Origin: an uncultured Planctomycetia bacterium
GTDB taxonomy: Bacteria > Omnitrophota > Gorgyraeia > Duberdicusellales > 4484-171
Length of the DNA stretch: 63,864 nucleotides
Assembly (NCBI GenBank): GCA_964483625.1
Contig: CAZABB010000007.1
Location: 1-63,864, forward strand
Reading direction: 5' to 3'
A program made the position numbers and the translations under genes. The notes beneath the pieces were generated by a model. The model worked only from the letters and a program-made list of their open reading frames with translations. It was not told the origin of the DNA and did no database searches. Of the stretch, positions 34,696 through 43,959 are shown piece by piece. Each line of letters starts with the position of its first letter. The stretch's first letter is position 1.

Positions 34696-35549
34696 ACCTT
34701 ATCTTTTATAGTTCCGGCCGATGCCGGAAAAAATTTATTACAAACGCGTTTCTTCTCATACAACTTTTCCAGCCAATTGATCTGTTTCTCATTCAAGTTC
34801 TCCTGCCACCCCGAAGGAATCCCCTTACGCAACCCTTTGTAGTTTTGACGGATGCCCTGGCTGGGAGTATCAAGGATAGAACGGACCAGATGCAACGAAA
34901 AATCGACATTGAGAAAAGAAAAGATATCCTTCAGTTTCTCCTCCGGATGCCTCATAAAATCCTCAAAAGTCAAATAATACGTGTTACCTCGGGGCAAAAG
35001 CTTCTCCATATCATTTACACATTGCACATATTTTTTGGCGAATTGTTTCATATTCCAATCGGTGATCTTTCGTTTTCCCGGTGTAAAAAAACCAAGCTTG
35101 ACAAACGAATTGACCACCCCTTTAATGTCTCGTTCGATAAAGACGAATTTCACATCATTTCCGTGGAAAGAAATAAGTTTTCTTAAGTACTGATAGCGAA
35201 ATGAGGTCAAATCGCAAACCTCCTTTACTCCCTCGCGGCGCGCTCCTTTACGATTGAACAAGTGATAGCTTCTGCGCAAAAACATATCGGCATCGATATT
35301 CTGCCGCACATATTTTTCTGCCAATTCTGTGAACTCTTCCGGCTTGACGCTATAAAAATCCAAAGCTCCTTTCAGAGAAGGAAAATGAACATTCTGAAGC
35401 ACATCATACTTACCAAAGACAATAAGCTTAGATAACTCCGGCTCATCGACACAGAGAACATCGGGATGACGGTCAAGCAAATGGCATAGTAGCGTGGTTC
35501 CGCTGCGTTGAAATCCCAAAAGATAGAACAACGATTCACTTCCCATCAT
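34692..35549 (-). CDS. Sulfotransferase
   Basis: 5'-PSB loop LLGFQRSGTTLLCHLLDRHPDV and 3'-PB region KFVFIERDIKGVVNS. 285 aa, with 4-nt overlaps at both ends. Confidence 0.72.
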   Translation of the reverse strand: MMGSESLFYLLGFQRSGTTLLCHLLDRHPDVLCVDEPELSKLIVFGKYDVLQNVHFPSLKGALDFYSVKPEEFTELAEKYVRQNIDADMFLRRSYHLFNRKGARREGVKEVCDLTSFRYQYLRKLISFHGNDVKFVFIERDIKGVVNSFVKLGFFTPGKRKITDWNMKQFAKKYVQCVNDMEKLLPRGNTYYLTFEDFMRHPEEKLKDIFSFLNVDFSLHLVRSILDTPSQGIRQNYKGLRKGIPSGWQENLNEKQINWLEKLYEKKRVCNKFFPASAGTIKDKV

Positions 35550-37342
35550 AAAGCCTGTAAATCACACATGCGCCGAAATCGTGACCCGCATTGTTCATAT
35601 AATTGAGCAAATGTTCCCTCTTCGACGATCTTCCCTTTGTCAAACACATACACATAATCACTGTTTTTTACCGTGGAAAGCCGATGGGCAATGATGATAA
35701 TCGTTTTTTTATTTTTCAGTTCACTGATACTCTGCTGTACCGATTGTTCACTTTCACTGTCAAGCGAGCTTGTCGCTTCATCAAAAATGAGGATTTCCGG
35801 CTCTTTAAAGAGTTCCCGGGCAATTGCCAGCCGCTGCCTTTGCCCTACCGAAAGCCGGACACCCCGGTCACCGATATGGGTATCATATGATCGCGGCGTC
35901 TCTAAAACAAACTTCTCACAATGAGCTTTCCGTAACGAAGATTTAACTTTCTCTTCACAACTTCTGTCTTCGGAAACACATTCCCACAAACTTACATTAT
36001 TTTTTATCGTATCGTTAAACATCACGATCTCCTGCGTCACATACCCGACAATTTTCCGCAAACTTTCCAGGTCGATATCGCGATAATCAACTCCATCAAT
36101 GGTTATCGTTCCGGAAAAAGGTTTTAATACCCCCGTGATCAGGTCAACAAGCGTCGATTTACCCGCGCCCGATTCTCCCACCAGAGCAATCGTTTTATTC
36201 TTCTTTATCCGGAGATCGATATCAAACAAAACCTGTCTTGCACCGTAGGCAAAGTTAATTCCGGATAATTGTATCTTTTCGGTAAAATGAGAAAGCTTTT
36301 TCTGTCCCGCAGGTTCCTGCCGGTCTTTAAGTTCTTCCGATGTGCGGGACACAGTCAAAAACCCCCCCACCATATCACATACTCCGTTCCAGGATGTCTG
36401 GAAAAGATTGATCTGTCCCATTGTTTTATAAAAAAACAGAATAAGGACTACGATCGCGCTTAAGCTACGTCCCTGAATCGTAACCTGATAAAAAACAAGC
36501 CCTAAAACCAGCCATATCGCCGCTACCTCAAGCGTACACCGCAATATCCATCGTATCCACCCCTGCTTCATCTGAAGGATAAAAAGATTATCCAAGGTAC
36601 AGGCAAGCTTATCGTAGAGCTTCTTAAAATACCCCGTGGACTTAAGATATTTAAAACTCTGAATGGTCTGGATGAGATTTTCCTGCAGAAGAGAGTTATT
36701 CTGTGACGTCTGATTCGAATATCGTTTGGAAAGACGGAACATATTACGCATGATCACCATAAAAAGAATTCCCGCGGCAATACCGCCGGTGGTAATCTGC
36801 CATGATAAAAGAAAAGAAACAGTAAGGTACACGGTGACATTGATGATATGAGCGATGAGCATGCAGAACTGAGAAAATGCCGATACCGCCCTTTGCATTT
36901 CGGTTACAATCACATTGGAAAAAAATCCCGTACTGGATTTAATGAAATATTGATAATCTACCTTACCGCATAAAGACAGCAGGATCTTCTTCCAATCGCG
37001 TTCTACCGAAGATTTTATATATATTCTCAATACATTCTTAGTTGTCTTTAGCAGTGTGGTGAATAAGAACGCCACACCCATAGCCAATAAAATAGAGTTG
37101 ATTGTAAGAGGAATATGGAAAAAATCGAATATTTTCGCGAGGATTCGGGTAAGAATATTGTTATCCATCTTTGAAATATTCGTCTGACTCAGTAAAGGAA
37201 TCACCAGGCTGATGCCGAAACTTTCACTCACCCCCGAGAGGAAACTTACTCCTACAAACAAAGGAATTTTCCAGCGGGCCACCCGCCAGAAAATAACGCC
37301 ATATTCTAAAAACGATGATATAAAAGGTATCCTGAATTTCAT
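35546..37342 (-). CDS. ABC exporter, fused permease/ATPase half-transporter (MsbA/PglK-like)
   Basis: Six N-terminal TM helices. Walker A is GESGAGKST, signature LSVGQRQRLAIAR, Walker B ILIFDEATSSLD, H-loop IIIAHRLS. The ATG at 37342 (MKFRIPF) is preceded by AAGGA. Confidence 0.88.
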   Translation of the reverse strand: MKFRIPFISSFLEYGVIFWRVARWKIPLFVGVSFLSGVSESFGISLVIPLLSQTNISKMDNNILTRILAKIFDFFHIPLTINSILLAMGVAFLFTTLLKTTKNVLRIYIKSSVERDWKKILLSLCGKVDYQYFIKSSTGFFSNVIVTEMQRAVSAFSQFCMLIAHIINVTVYLTVSFLLSWQITTGGIAAGILFMVIMRNMFRLSKRYSNQTSQNNSLLQENLIQTIQSFKYLKSTGYFKKLYDKLACTLDNLFILQMKQGWIRWILRCTLEVAAIWLVLGLVFYQVTIQGRSLSAIVVLILFFYKTMGQINLFQTSWNGVCDMVGGFLTVSRTSEELKDRQEPAGQKKLSHFTEKIQLSGINFAYGARQVLFDIDLRIKKNKTIALVGESGAGKSTLVDLITGVLKPFSGTITIDGVDYRDIDLESLRKIVGYVTQEIVMFNDTIKNNVSLWECVSEDRSCEEKVKSSLRKAHCEKFVLETPRSYDTHIGDRGVRLSVGQRQRLAIARELFKEPEILIFDEATSSLDSESEQSVQQSISELKNKKTIIIIAHRLSTVKNSDYVYVFDKGKIVEEGTFAQLYEQCGSRFRRMCDLQAL

Positions 37343-37355
37343 CCGTATCCTTTCT

Positions 37356-38192
37356 TCAAATCGATTCCGACAGCCAATGACTGAAATCAATGCCGGTAAG
37401 CTTCATTAATAACCGAATATCGTCATCGTAATATTTTGTCAGCTTTTTCTTCAGCTTGCGGCTCAATGGCGGTGGAGAAAAAGACCGATATAATTTGACT
37501 TTTTTAAGACCGATCTTCCTCAACGCCGTTCTGATAAAGTGTGCCGCTTTTGAGGTATAGAACGCTTCTTTGCGCCAGCGTCCGACATGACCAGGGATAT
37601 TAGTCGCCGCGGTCCAGCGGTGATGAAGAAAAGGAGAAGTAAAGTTATCGTCGACCCCTAAAAACCGGTATGCTTTTTTGATTGCTTGACCGGGATCACT
37701 GGTAATATCTTCAAATTTGATAATAAGCATTTTTTCTAAAGGGAAATAGTTGAGATATTTCTCTAATTGTTTCCCGTAATAGCCCCATGTAACCATGGGG
37801 TGTTCTTCTCTTATGGATTTCATAAAAAAATCCTCAAAACCATACGGGACTTCACTCTGAAAACGATGCTTTAACTGAAAATAAGAGTATGCACGGTCTA
37901 CCGGCTGGCGTAAAGCAAGAATAAGCGGGATATTTCCCAGCGTTTCATGAATCCTCTCAGGTGCCCGGTCATCCCAGAAATAAGAATGTTCCGTTTCTCC
38001 CCGCCATTTTTCATTGGCCGTACCGGCAAAAAACTGTTCATAGAAAGGAATGCCTTTCTCATAGTGCTCGTCAAAAAAATGCACCCCTTTTTTCCCTACC
38101 ATAAAGATTTCGGGATGGTCAGCAAGATTCTTATTCAGCCAGCTTGTACCGCACCGTTTATTAGCAATAACCAGAAAATTAGCTGCTTTCAT
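37356..38192 (-). CDS. Sulfotransferase
   Basis: 5'-PSB FLVIANKRCGTSWLNKNLADHPEIF and 3'-PB ILALRQPVDRAYSYF. The ATG at 38192 (MKAANF) is preferred over the ORF-track start at 38267. Confidence 0.75.
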   Translation of the reverse strand: MKAANFLVIANKRCGTSWLNKNLADHPEIFMVGKKGVHFFDEHYEKGIPFYEQFFAGTANEKWRGETEHSYFWDDRAPERIHETLGNIPLILALRQPVDRAYSYFQLKHRFQSEVPYGFEDFFMKSIREEHPMVTWGYYGKQLEKYLNYFPLEKMLIIKFEDITSDPGQAIKKAYRFLGVDDNFTSPFLHHRWTAATNIPGHVGRWRKEAFYTSKAAHFIRTALRKIGLKKVKLYRSFSPPPLSRKLKKKLTKYYDDDIRLLMKLTGIDFSHWLSESI

Positions 38193-38856
38193 TTTTCCTC
38201 TTTTTATACAGTAATTCACATAATTCAAATTCCAGTTCTGTATCGATATCCAGCGCTTCTTCCTCAAGAATAGGAATAACCGCCGGATCGTTCGCGGTAA
38301 ACGTCCATAAAATCCCTTCGGTACGGAAAAATTCCGGCCTGATAAAGTGAAACGCGTGCGCGGCCTTGGTCCGGGACGGCCCCTGATTGGTCGATACGAT
38401 CCGCGGATCCTTATTGGTCAATGAATTACCTTGAGCATCAAACACCCATTCGGTCGAGGGTACGACTGAGGTAAACGAATTGTAACGGTATTTTCTTACC
38501 GTTTCTACCGCGCTCTTTAACGTTTCAACTTTGATAAATGGATGACAGGGATTAAAAATTAAAACGTAATCGGTATTAATATCCAGATAATGCGCGTATC
38601 TCAAACTTATCGGAACATGTCCCCTCCGGACCGCATCGGGAGACCTCATCTTTACTTTTACCTGCGGATAGTTTTTTGCTTTTTCGACAAACACATCCTC
38701 AGCCACAGCCAGTATCCGCTCTTCCACAAAATCAAACGCGTTCAATTTCTCCAGAGCGAGATCGATGATCGTCGTACCCGCGAAATCACGCAATAATTTC
38801 TGAGGTACGCGCGAAGATTGAGTTCTTGCATTCATTACCGCGGTAATCGTACTCAT
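38179..38856 (-). CDS. Cytidylyltransferase-family protein (CTP_transf_3; acylneuraminate/SpsF-like)
   Basis: N-terminal ITAVMNARTQSSRVPQKLLRDFAGTTIIDLALEKL is the nucleotidyltransferase signature shared by NeuA/SpsF-type enzymes. 225 aa. Confidence 0.6.
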   Translation of the reverse strand: MSTITAVMNARTQSSRVPQKLLRDFAGTTIIDLALEKLNAFDFVEERILAVAEDVFVEKAKNYPQVKVKMRSPDAVRRGHVPISLRYAHYLDINTDYVLIFNPCHPFIKVETLKSAVETVRKYRYNSFTSVVPSTEWVFDAQGNSLTNKDPRIVSTNQGPSRTKAAHAFHFIRPEFFRTEGILWTFTANDPAVIPILEEEALDIDTELEFELCELLYKKRKNESS

Positions 38857-38885
38857 GCCACAAACTCCTTATTAATCTTTTTTAC

Positions 38886-39737
38886 TTACCAACACGACCA
38901 GCCGCCGTCAACGGTAAGATTACTTCCGGTCATATAGCGCGACGCCGGACTGCATAAAAACAATATCGCCCCGTTATAATCAGACCAAACCGCCATCCTT
39001 TCCAACGGCACCCGTCTGACATACTCCTTATGAAATTCCTCCTCCTGCCCGTCATATACTCCGCCGGGCGTTAGAAGATTCACCCGTATATTTTTTTTGG
39101 CTAATAATGTGGCCAGATACCGGCACAGACCGATAAGCCCGGCTTTTGATGCCGAATAGGAAACCGGTGCGTTCAAAGGATACTCATCACCGTAAAGGTT
39201 ACTGCCGGCTTTACAGTTTTCATATATCCTCTGGTCCGGTCCGACAATCCCATAGGTCGAACAGGTTAATACGATTGTCCCTCCTTCCCTCATATACCGG
39301 GAAGCCTCCCGGACCGAAAGAAAACTGGCACTCAAATTACCGGCAAGGACTTTGTTAAACGTCTCAATCGGATATTCATCAAACGGCGCGTAATATCCTT
39401 TTGGTTTAGCCATCGTATTACAAATTACGCCGGTTACCTTTTTAAACTGATCGTCTACTTCGCCAAACAACTTTCGCACATCGTCCTGGCACGAAGCATC
39501 ACATCCTTTTCCGACAACTGTGCCATTAGTCTCTTCGGCAACCTTTGCAGCCAAATCAGCGCATTTTTGCTGATCAATATCGGCCAAGACCACTTTCGCT
39601 CCGGAAGAACTTAAGGTAAGAGCAAACTGTTCTCCCATCTTTCCTGCTCCGCCTACAATCACAAACACGTCATCTTTTACGCAAAACAGATCCTCTTTCC
39701 GGTAGAGAGGTTTAATTTGATCGTACGGTTCTTTCAT
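38886..39737 (-). CDS. Short-chain dehydrogenase/reductase (classical SDR)
   Basis: VIVGGAGKMGEQFA (TGxxxGxG-like), NTMA, and catalytic YSASKAGLIGL (YxxxK). Confidence 0.8.
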   Translation of the reverse strand: MKEPYDQIKPLYRKEDLFCVKDDVFVIVGGAGKMGEQFALTLSSSGAKVVLADIDQQKCADLAAKVAEETNGTVVGKGCDASCQDDVRKLFGEVDDQFKKVTGVICNTMAKPKGYYAPFDEYPIETFNKVLAGNLSASFLSVREASRYMREGGTIVLTCSTYGIVGPDQRIYENCKAGSNLYGDEYPLNAPVSYSASKAGLIGLCRYLATLLAKKNIRVNLLTPGGVYDGQEEEFHKEYVRRVPLERMAVWSDYNGAILFLCSPASRYMTGSNLTVDGGWSCW

Positions 39738-39758
39738 ATCCCTCCTTCTAAGAATCGG

Positions 39759-40922
39759 TCATACCGACTGATAAAACGTCTTCTGAATGGCTACATCTTC
39801 AGCCGCTAATATCCCGGCGATACGACGGCCGGAATGGCCGTCACCATAAATGTGTTCTTGATCATATTTCCCGTGAGCCAACTGGTTCCGCACCGCAGCG
39901 AAAATCTGAGAAGCATTGTAATCAACCTGAGTGACGTTTTTACCGCGATGACGGAAATTCTGCCGGGTACCGATATTAACTACCGGTGTCCCGAAATAAC
40001 AGGATTCGCGGATCCCGGCACTGGAATTACCTACGATACAATCGGCGGTCCGTAACAGATTAAAAAACTGTTCCATAGAGAAATGTTTACGTAAAATGAG
40101 AAAATCGTCGACATCTTGAGAACTCACAAACCGGGTGATCCCCTGAACAATGTAATCCGACCCGGCGTCAAGATTAGGATAGATCATAATTGCCTGCATT
40201 TTTAACTCTTCAACTGCTTTCAATGTTTCGGTAATCTGAAAACAACTTTGTTCATATTCGGTCGTTACCGGGTGCTGAACGATAAGCAAAAACGGCTTCC
40301 GGTGATCAAGCTTCATCTGGTCTTTTTCCTTAAAGCCTTTATCACAGAACAATTCTTTTTTAGAAAGCGCCTCCGCAGATAAAAGCAAGTCGATCGAGGG
40401 GCACCCCACCGTAAATACCCGGTCGGGATGTTCGCCCATACGTAAAATTACTTCTTTTGCTTTTTCGGTTGCGGGAAAATGAATATGAGCAAACTTGGTG
40501 ACAGCGTGACGCACAACCTCATCAATCGAACCGGTAATCTCTCCCCCCTGAATATGCGCCACAGGAATATTGACATACGATGCGGCAATAACGGCGGGGA
40601 GCACATCGTAACGGTCGCCGACGACGACTAAATAATCCGGTTTAATATTATTGAGACAAGTCGTCAACTCCACAATCGCCAATCCGGCCGATTTCCCCAT
40701 GGCCACCGGATTCTCCCCCTCGACCACCGTATAGATCTCTTCATAAATAGGGAACCCATCGGCTTCAATATCTCTTTTGGTCAGGCCGTACCGGAACAAA
40801 AGATGCGATCCGGCCACAACGGTGTACAATTTTAAATCGGGGTGTTCCTGAATCGCCCGCATGACCGATTTAAGGCGCGTATATTCGGAACGGTTACTGC
40901 TGAATACACATATTTTTTTCAT
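39759..40922 (-). CDS. neuC: UDP-N-acetylglucosamine 2-epimerase (hydrolysing), NeuC type
   Basis: MKKICVFSSNRSEYTRLKSVMRAI..., VVVGDRYDVLPAVIAASYVNIPVAHIQGGE, HFPATE, NSSAGIRESCYFGTPVVNIGTRQ. It sits immediately upstream of neuB. Confidence 0.8.
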   Translation of the reverse strand: MKKICVFSSNRSEYTRLKSVMRAIQEHPDLKLYTVVAGSHLLFRYGLTKRDIEADGFPIYEEIYTVVEGENPVAMGKSAGLAIVELTTCLNNIKPDYLVVVGDRYDVLPAVIAASYVNIPVAHIQGGEITGSIDEVVRHAVTKFAHIHFPATEKAKEVILRMGEHPDRVFTVGCPSIDLLLSAEALSKKELFCDKGFKEKDQMKLDHRKPFLLIVQHPVTTEYEQSCFQITETLKAVEELKMQAIMIYPNLDAGSDYIVQGITRFVSSQDVDDFLILRKHFSMEQFFNLLRTADCIVGNSSAGIRESCYFGTPVVNIGTRQNFRHRGKNVTQVDYNASQIFAAVRNQLAHGKYDQEHIYGDGHSGRRIAGILAAEDVAIQKTFYQSV

Positions 40923-40949
40923 TGTTCTCCTTTTAACATTTTGAAAGTT

Positions 40950-41984
40950 TTATTCAATATCTTCCGGCGCAAGCTGAACGTCGGCCGGTAAATCCCGCCG
41001 AGCGGTTTTTCCCACGACATGTTCCCATTCGGTTGCTAAAATTTTTCCTGTCCCGGGACGTTTCACCCATATATTTTGTTCGGATAATTCTTCTCCTTTT
41101 CTCACCGGCCGGATTGTTACCACACTGGCATAGGCAAAATCAATAACCGGTTTCTCTTCTTTCAGGATATCTTTTCTGCCGCCCCGGGCTTTAAATACCG
41201 CATCTGCTCCCTGCACCAAATCTCTCAATTCATGAGGCTCTAAAGAAATAGGATTATCGGGACCGGGCCATTTCCTGCTTATCGTAAAATGTTTCTCTAA
41301 TGCACTTGCCCCTAAAGCCGCCGCAGCGATACAGGTATAAATCCCCAGAGAATGATCACTTAAACCCACCGGAACATTAAAATGCTCTTTTAATTCTCCC
41401 AGAGCTCCCAGCCGTACATTCTCATAAGGAGTGGGATACATCGAAGTACAATGCATCAACATGTATTGACACTGATATTTCTCAAAAATCGCCGCGGAAC
41501 GTTTTATAGAACTCATATCGTTCATGCCGGTAGAAAGAATCACCGGCTTCTTTTTCTTGGCAATATATTCAAGTAACGGCAAATTATTACACTCTCCCGA
41601 ACCGATCTTGTACCCGGACACATCCATCTTTTCCAACCGGTCCACAGCCTCCCGGGAAAAAGGCGTACACAAATAAAGAATACCTTTCTTATCACAATAT
41701 TCTTTTAAAGCGATTTCTTCTTTCTCAGTCAACTGACAGCGTTCGATAATATTCCATAACGGCTCATCCGCGTTTTCCGGCGTAATATCTGTTTTGATCA
41801 TCTCTTTATCCACAATGTGCGACTGAAATTTTACGCAGTCGGCTTTTGCGTCCACCGCAGCATCAACAATCTGTAACGCCTTATTGATATCTCCCTCGTG
41901 ATTGATCCCCACCTCCGCCATAATAAACGGGGGGTGGTCGGACCCGATAAGACGCCCACCGATTTGGAATTCTTTCTCTTTCAT
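40950..41984 (-). CDS. neuB: N-acetylneuraminate (nonulosonate) synthase, NeuB family
   Basis: PFIMAEVGINHEGDINKA, KFQSH, ILSTGM, CTSMYPTP, LSDHSLG, and a C-terminal SAF domain (VVTIRPVRKGEELSEQNIWVKRPG). The ATG at 41984 (MKEKEFQIGG) overlaps the transketolase stop by 1 nt. Confidence 0.85.
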   Translation of the reverse strand: MKEKEFQIGGRLIGSDHPPFIMAEVGINHEGDINKALQIVDAAVDAKADCVKFQSHIVDKEMIKTDITPENADEPLWNIIERCQLTEKEEIALKEYCDKKGILYLCTPFSREAVDRLEKMDVSGYKIGSGECNNLPLLEYIAKKKKPVILSTGMNDMSSIKRSAAIFEKYQCQYMLMHCTSMYPTPYENVRLGALGELKEHFNVPVGLSDHSLGIYTCIAAAALGASALEKHFTISRKWPGPDNPISLEPHELRDLVQGADAVFKARGGRKDILKEEKPVIDFAYASVVTIRPVRKGEELSEQNIWVKRPGTGKILATEWEHVVGKTARRDLPADVQLAPEDIE

Positions 41985-43942
41985 CAGCACCCTTTCCTGC
42001 CGGTCACGCAAATCTTTTGGTAACAATCTATCGTCTGTGCCCTGATTCCTTCGCTATCTAATTGATAATGTCTAAGAATGTCTTTGGTCGCACCGGACTG
42101 GCCGTATTCGGTTATTCCTATTTTTTTATGATAGATACCCGGGAAATGCTCACTTACCAACGATGCGATCTCATCGCCCACCCCGCCCTGTACCATATGA
42201 TTCTCAACCGTAACCAGAAGACGCACCTGACGGCAAATATTTTTCATATAGGAAAGAGAGATATTATTTAACCAGGGAAGATGAACAACCCCCACCGAAA
42301 CACCTTCTTCTTCCATCTTTTGCGCCGCTTCAAGCACCTCTAACGTTAAGACCGGACAGGAAACAGTAACCAGGATATCTTTGCCTTGCCGCAGTGTTAC
42401 CCCTTCACCCAATTTCAACAAGTAATCATCCGGCAGGGTTACTTCTTTTTCCGCCTGAATATTACGCAGGCGTAGATATCCCGGGCCGGTGTGATTGCGA
42501 ACCAAATATTCAAAAGCTAAAGCGGCCTGATGAGCATTGAGCGGTTCAATCATCAACATATTAGGGATATTTTTCAATAAAGCGACATCCCGTATCCCAA
42601 GATGCGATTTACCCGGTTTAGCCGGAAGCAATCCGGCAAAATGGCCGATATAAATAATGTGACTTTTTTCACTGCTGTTATTAAAAATTTGTTCATTTGC
42701 CCGTGAAGTCAAGAACGCGGTATAACTGTTTACGACCGGAATTTTCCCTTCTCTGGCTAAACCTCCGGCGGTTGAAACCATATCCTGCTCGGCAATACCA
42801 ATTTGAAAGAAACGACCGGGATAGGCACGGTGAAATTCATCCAAGAGGCAATCACGTTCTAAATCAGCATCTAAAACAACCATATCCTCTATCTGGCCAC
42901 CTAATTCTAAAAGTTTCTCGGCAAACCCTGTCGTCACCCGGGCAGCTAAAGAAGCATTCTTGTTTTCCGTATGAAACAGAGAAGGCGTATCAATAACAGG
43001 AATTCTTTCGATATTCAATTCGGCCGTATAACGGTCAATTCGTGTATAAATTTCTTTTAAAGCCTCCCTAAGTTCTTTTTCATTAGGACAACGGCCGTGC
43101 CAATGATAAGGATGTTTCTCGCTCCAGGTATCAAGTTTTCCTTCCATAAACGAAACACCTTTACCTTTGGTCGTATGTAAAATGACCGCAACCGGTTTAT
43201 CTCTTTTTCTTATTTCTTCAAACGCAAAACATAACTGTTTAAAATCATGCCCATCGATGACAATACTATCCCAGCCAAAACAACGCAACTTTTCTTCAAT
43301 CTTGCCCATATCCATAATCTCCGATACCGGGCTGTCGGTCTGAAACTGATTGCGGTCGATAATCGGCACCAACTCTTTCAAGCCGTAGGCGGCCGCGTTT
43401 TGTAAAGCTTCCCAGTTTTGCCCTTCCGCCAATTCACCGTCACCCAGAACGACATATACAGAAGAAGGTATATTATCGATCCTATTGGCAAAAACCATCC
43501 CCTTGCCTTTAGAGAGCCCCATCCCTAACGAACCGGTGTTAGCATCAATGCCGGTATTGGTAATATCCGGATGCCCCTGGAGCCCTTTGAATGACCGGAA
43601 ATCAGCCAAACGTTCGATTGGGAAATAACCTTGAGCGGCAAGTAACGCGTATTGAGCCACAACCGCGTGCCCTTTAGAGAGGATCAAGCGGTCACGGTCT
43701 TTTTTCAATGGATTGCGAGGATCATGGTTCATCCAGTGATAATATAATGCCGTGAGAAAATCAAGGATGGAAAATGACGCTCCGATATGCCCGGAAGAAG
43801 CATGAACAATCATTGTCAATACATTCACCCGGCACATGTCGGCTAAAAGTGCAAGCACCGTATCCTTCTTCCCCCCATTATTCTTAAGAAGATCCGAAGC
43901 GCGTTTGAATGCATCCTGTGGTATCATATAAGGAATATCCAT
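41984..43942 (-). CDS. Transketolase-family ThDP enzyme, N- and C-terminal halves fused
   Basis: 652 aa. SGHIGASFSILDFLTALYY and VLGDGELAEGQNWEA form the ThDP/Mg site (GDG...E). The pyrimidine-binding half has FQIGIAEQDMVSTAGGLA, followed by the C-terminal domain. Confidence 0.8.
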   Translation of the reverse strand: MDIPYMIPQDAFKRASDLLKNNGGKKDTVLALLADMCRVNVLTMIVHASSGHIGASFSILDFLTALYYHWMNHDPRNPLKKDRDRLILSKGHAVVAQYALLAAQGYFPIERLADFRSFKGLQGHPDITNTGIDANTGSLGMGLSKGKGMVFANRIDNIPSSVYVVLGDGELAEGQNWEALQNAAAYGLKELVPIIDRNQFQTDSPVSEIMDMGKIEEKLRCFGWDSIVIDGHDFKQLCFAFEEIRKRDKPVAVILHTTKGKGVSFMEGKLDTWSEKHPYHWHGRCPNEKELREALKEIYTRIDRYTAELNIERIPVIDTPSLFHTENKNASLAARVTTGFAEKLLELGGQIEDMVVLDADLERDCLLDEFHRAYPGRFFQIGIAEQDMVSTAGGLAREGKIPVVNSYTAFLTSRANEQIFNNSSEKSHIIYIGHFAGLLPAKPGKSHLGIRDVALLKNIPNMLMIEPLNAHQAALAFEYLVRNHTGPGYLRLRNIQAEKEVTLPDDYLLKLGEGVTLRQGKDILVTVSCPVLTLEVLEAAQKMEEEGVSVGVVHLPWLNNISLSYMKNICRQVRLLVTVENHMVQGGVGDEIASLVSEHFPGIYHKKIGITEYGQSGATKDILRHYQLDSEGIRAQTIDCYQKICVTGRKGC

Positions 43943-43959
43943 ATGTTTTCCCTCTTTTT

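Noticed and set aside
32717-37342. RiPP-type cluster (SPASM radical SAM + methyltransferase + ABC exporter)
   Set aside because: There are no intergenic gaps able to hold a precursor-peptide gene, no C39 peptidase domain on the ABC protein and no RRE-like domain. The neighbours on both sides are glycosyltransferases and sulfotransferases, so a glycan context is far more parsimonious.
23363-38267. Impression of an AT-rich, horizontally acquired island
   Set aside because: Spot counts of single 60-nt lines range from 17 G+C (line at 25381) to 37 G+C (line at 19321). Other lines sampled in both halves give 22-32, so the variation looks gene-by-gene, with membrane proteins AT-rich. I cannot define island boundaries without a real sliding-window calculation.
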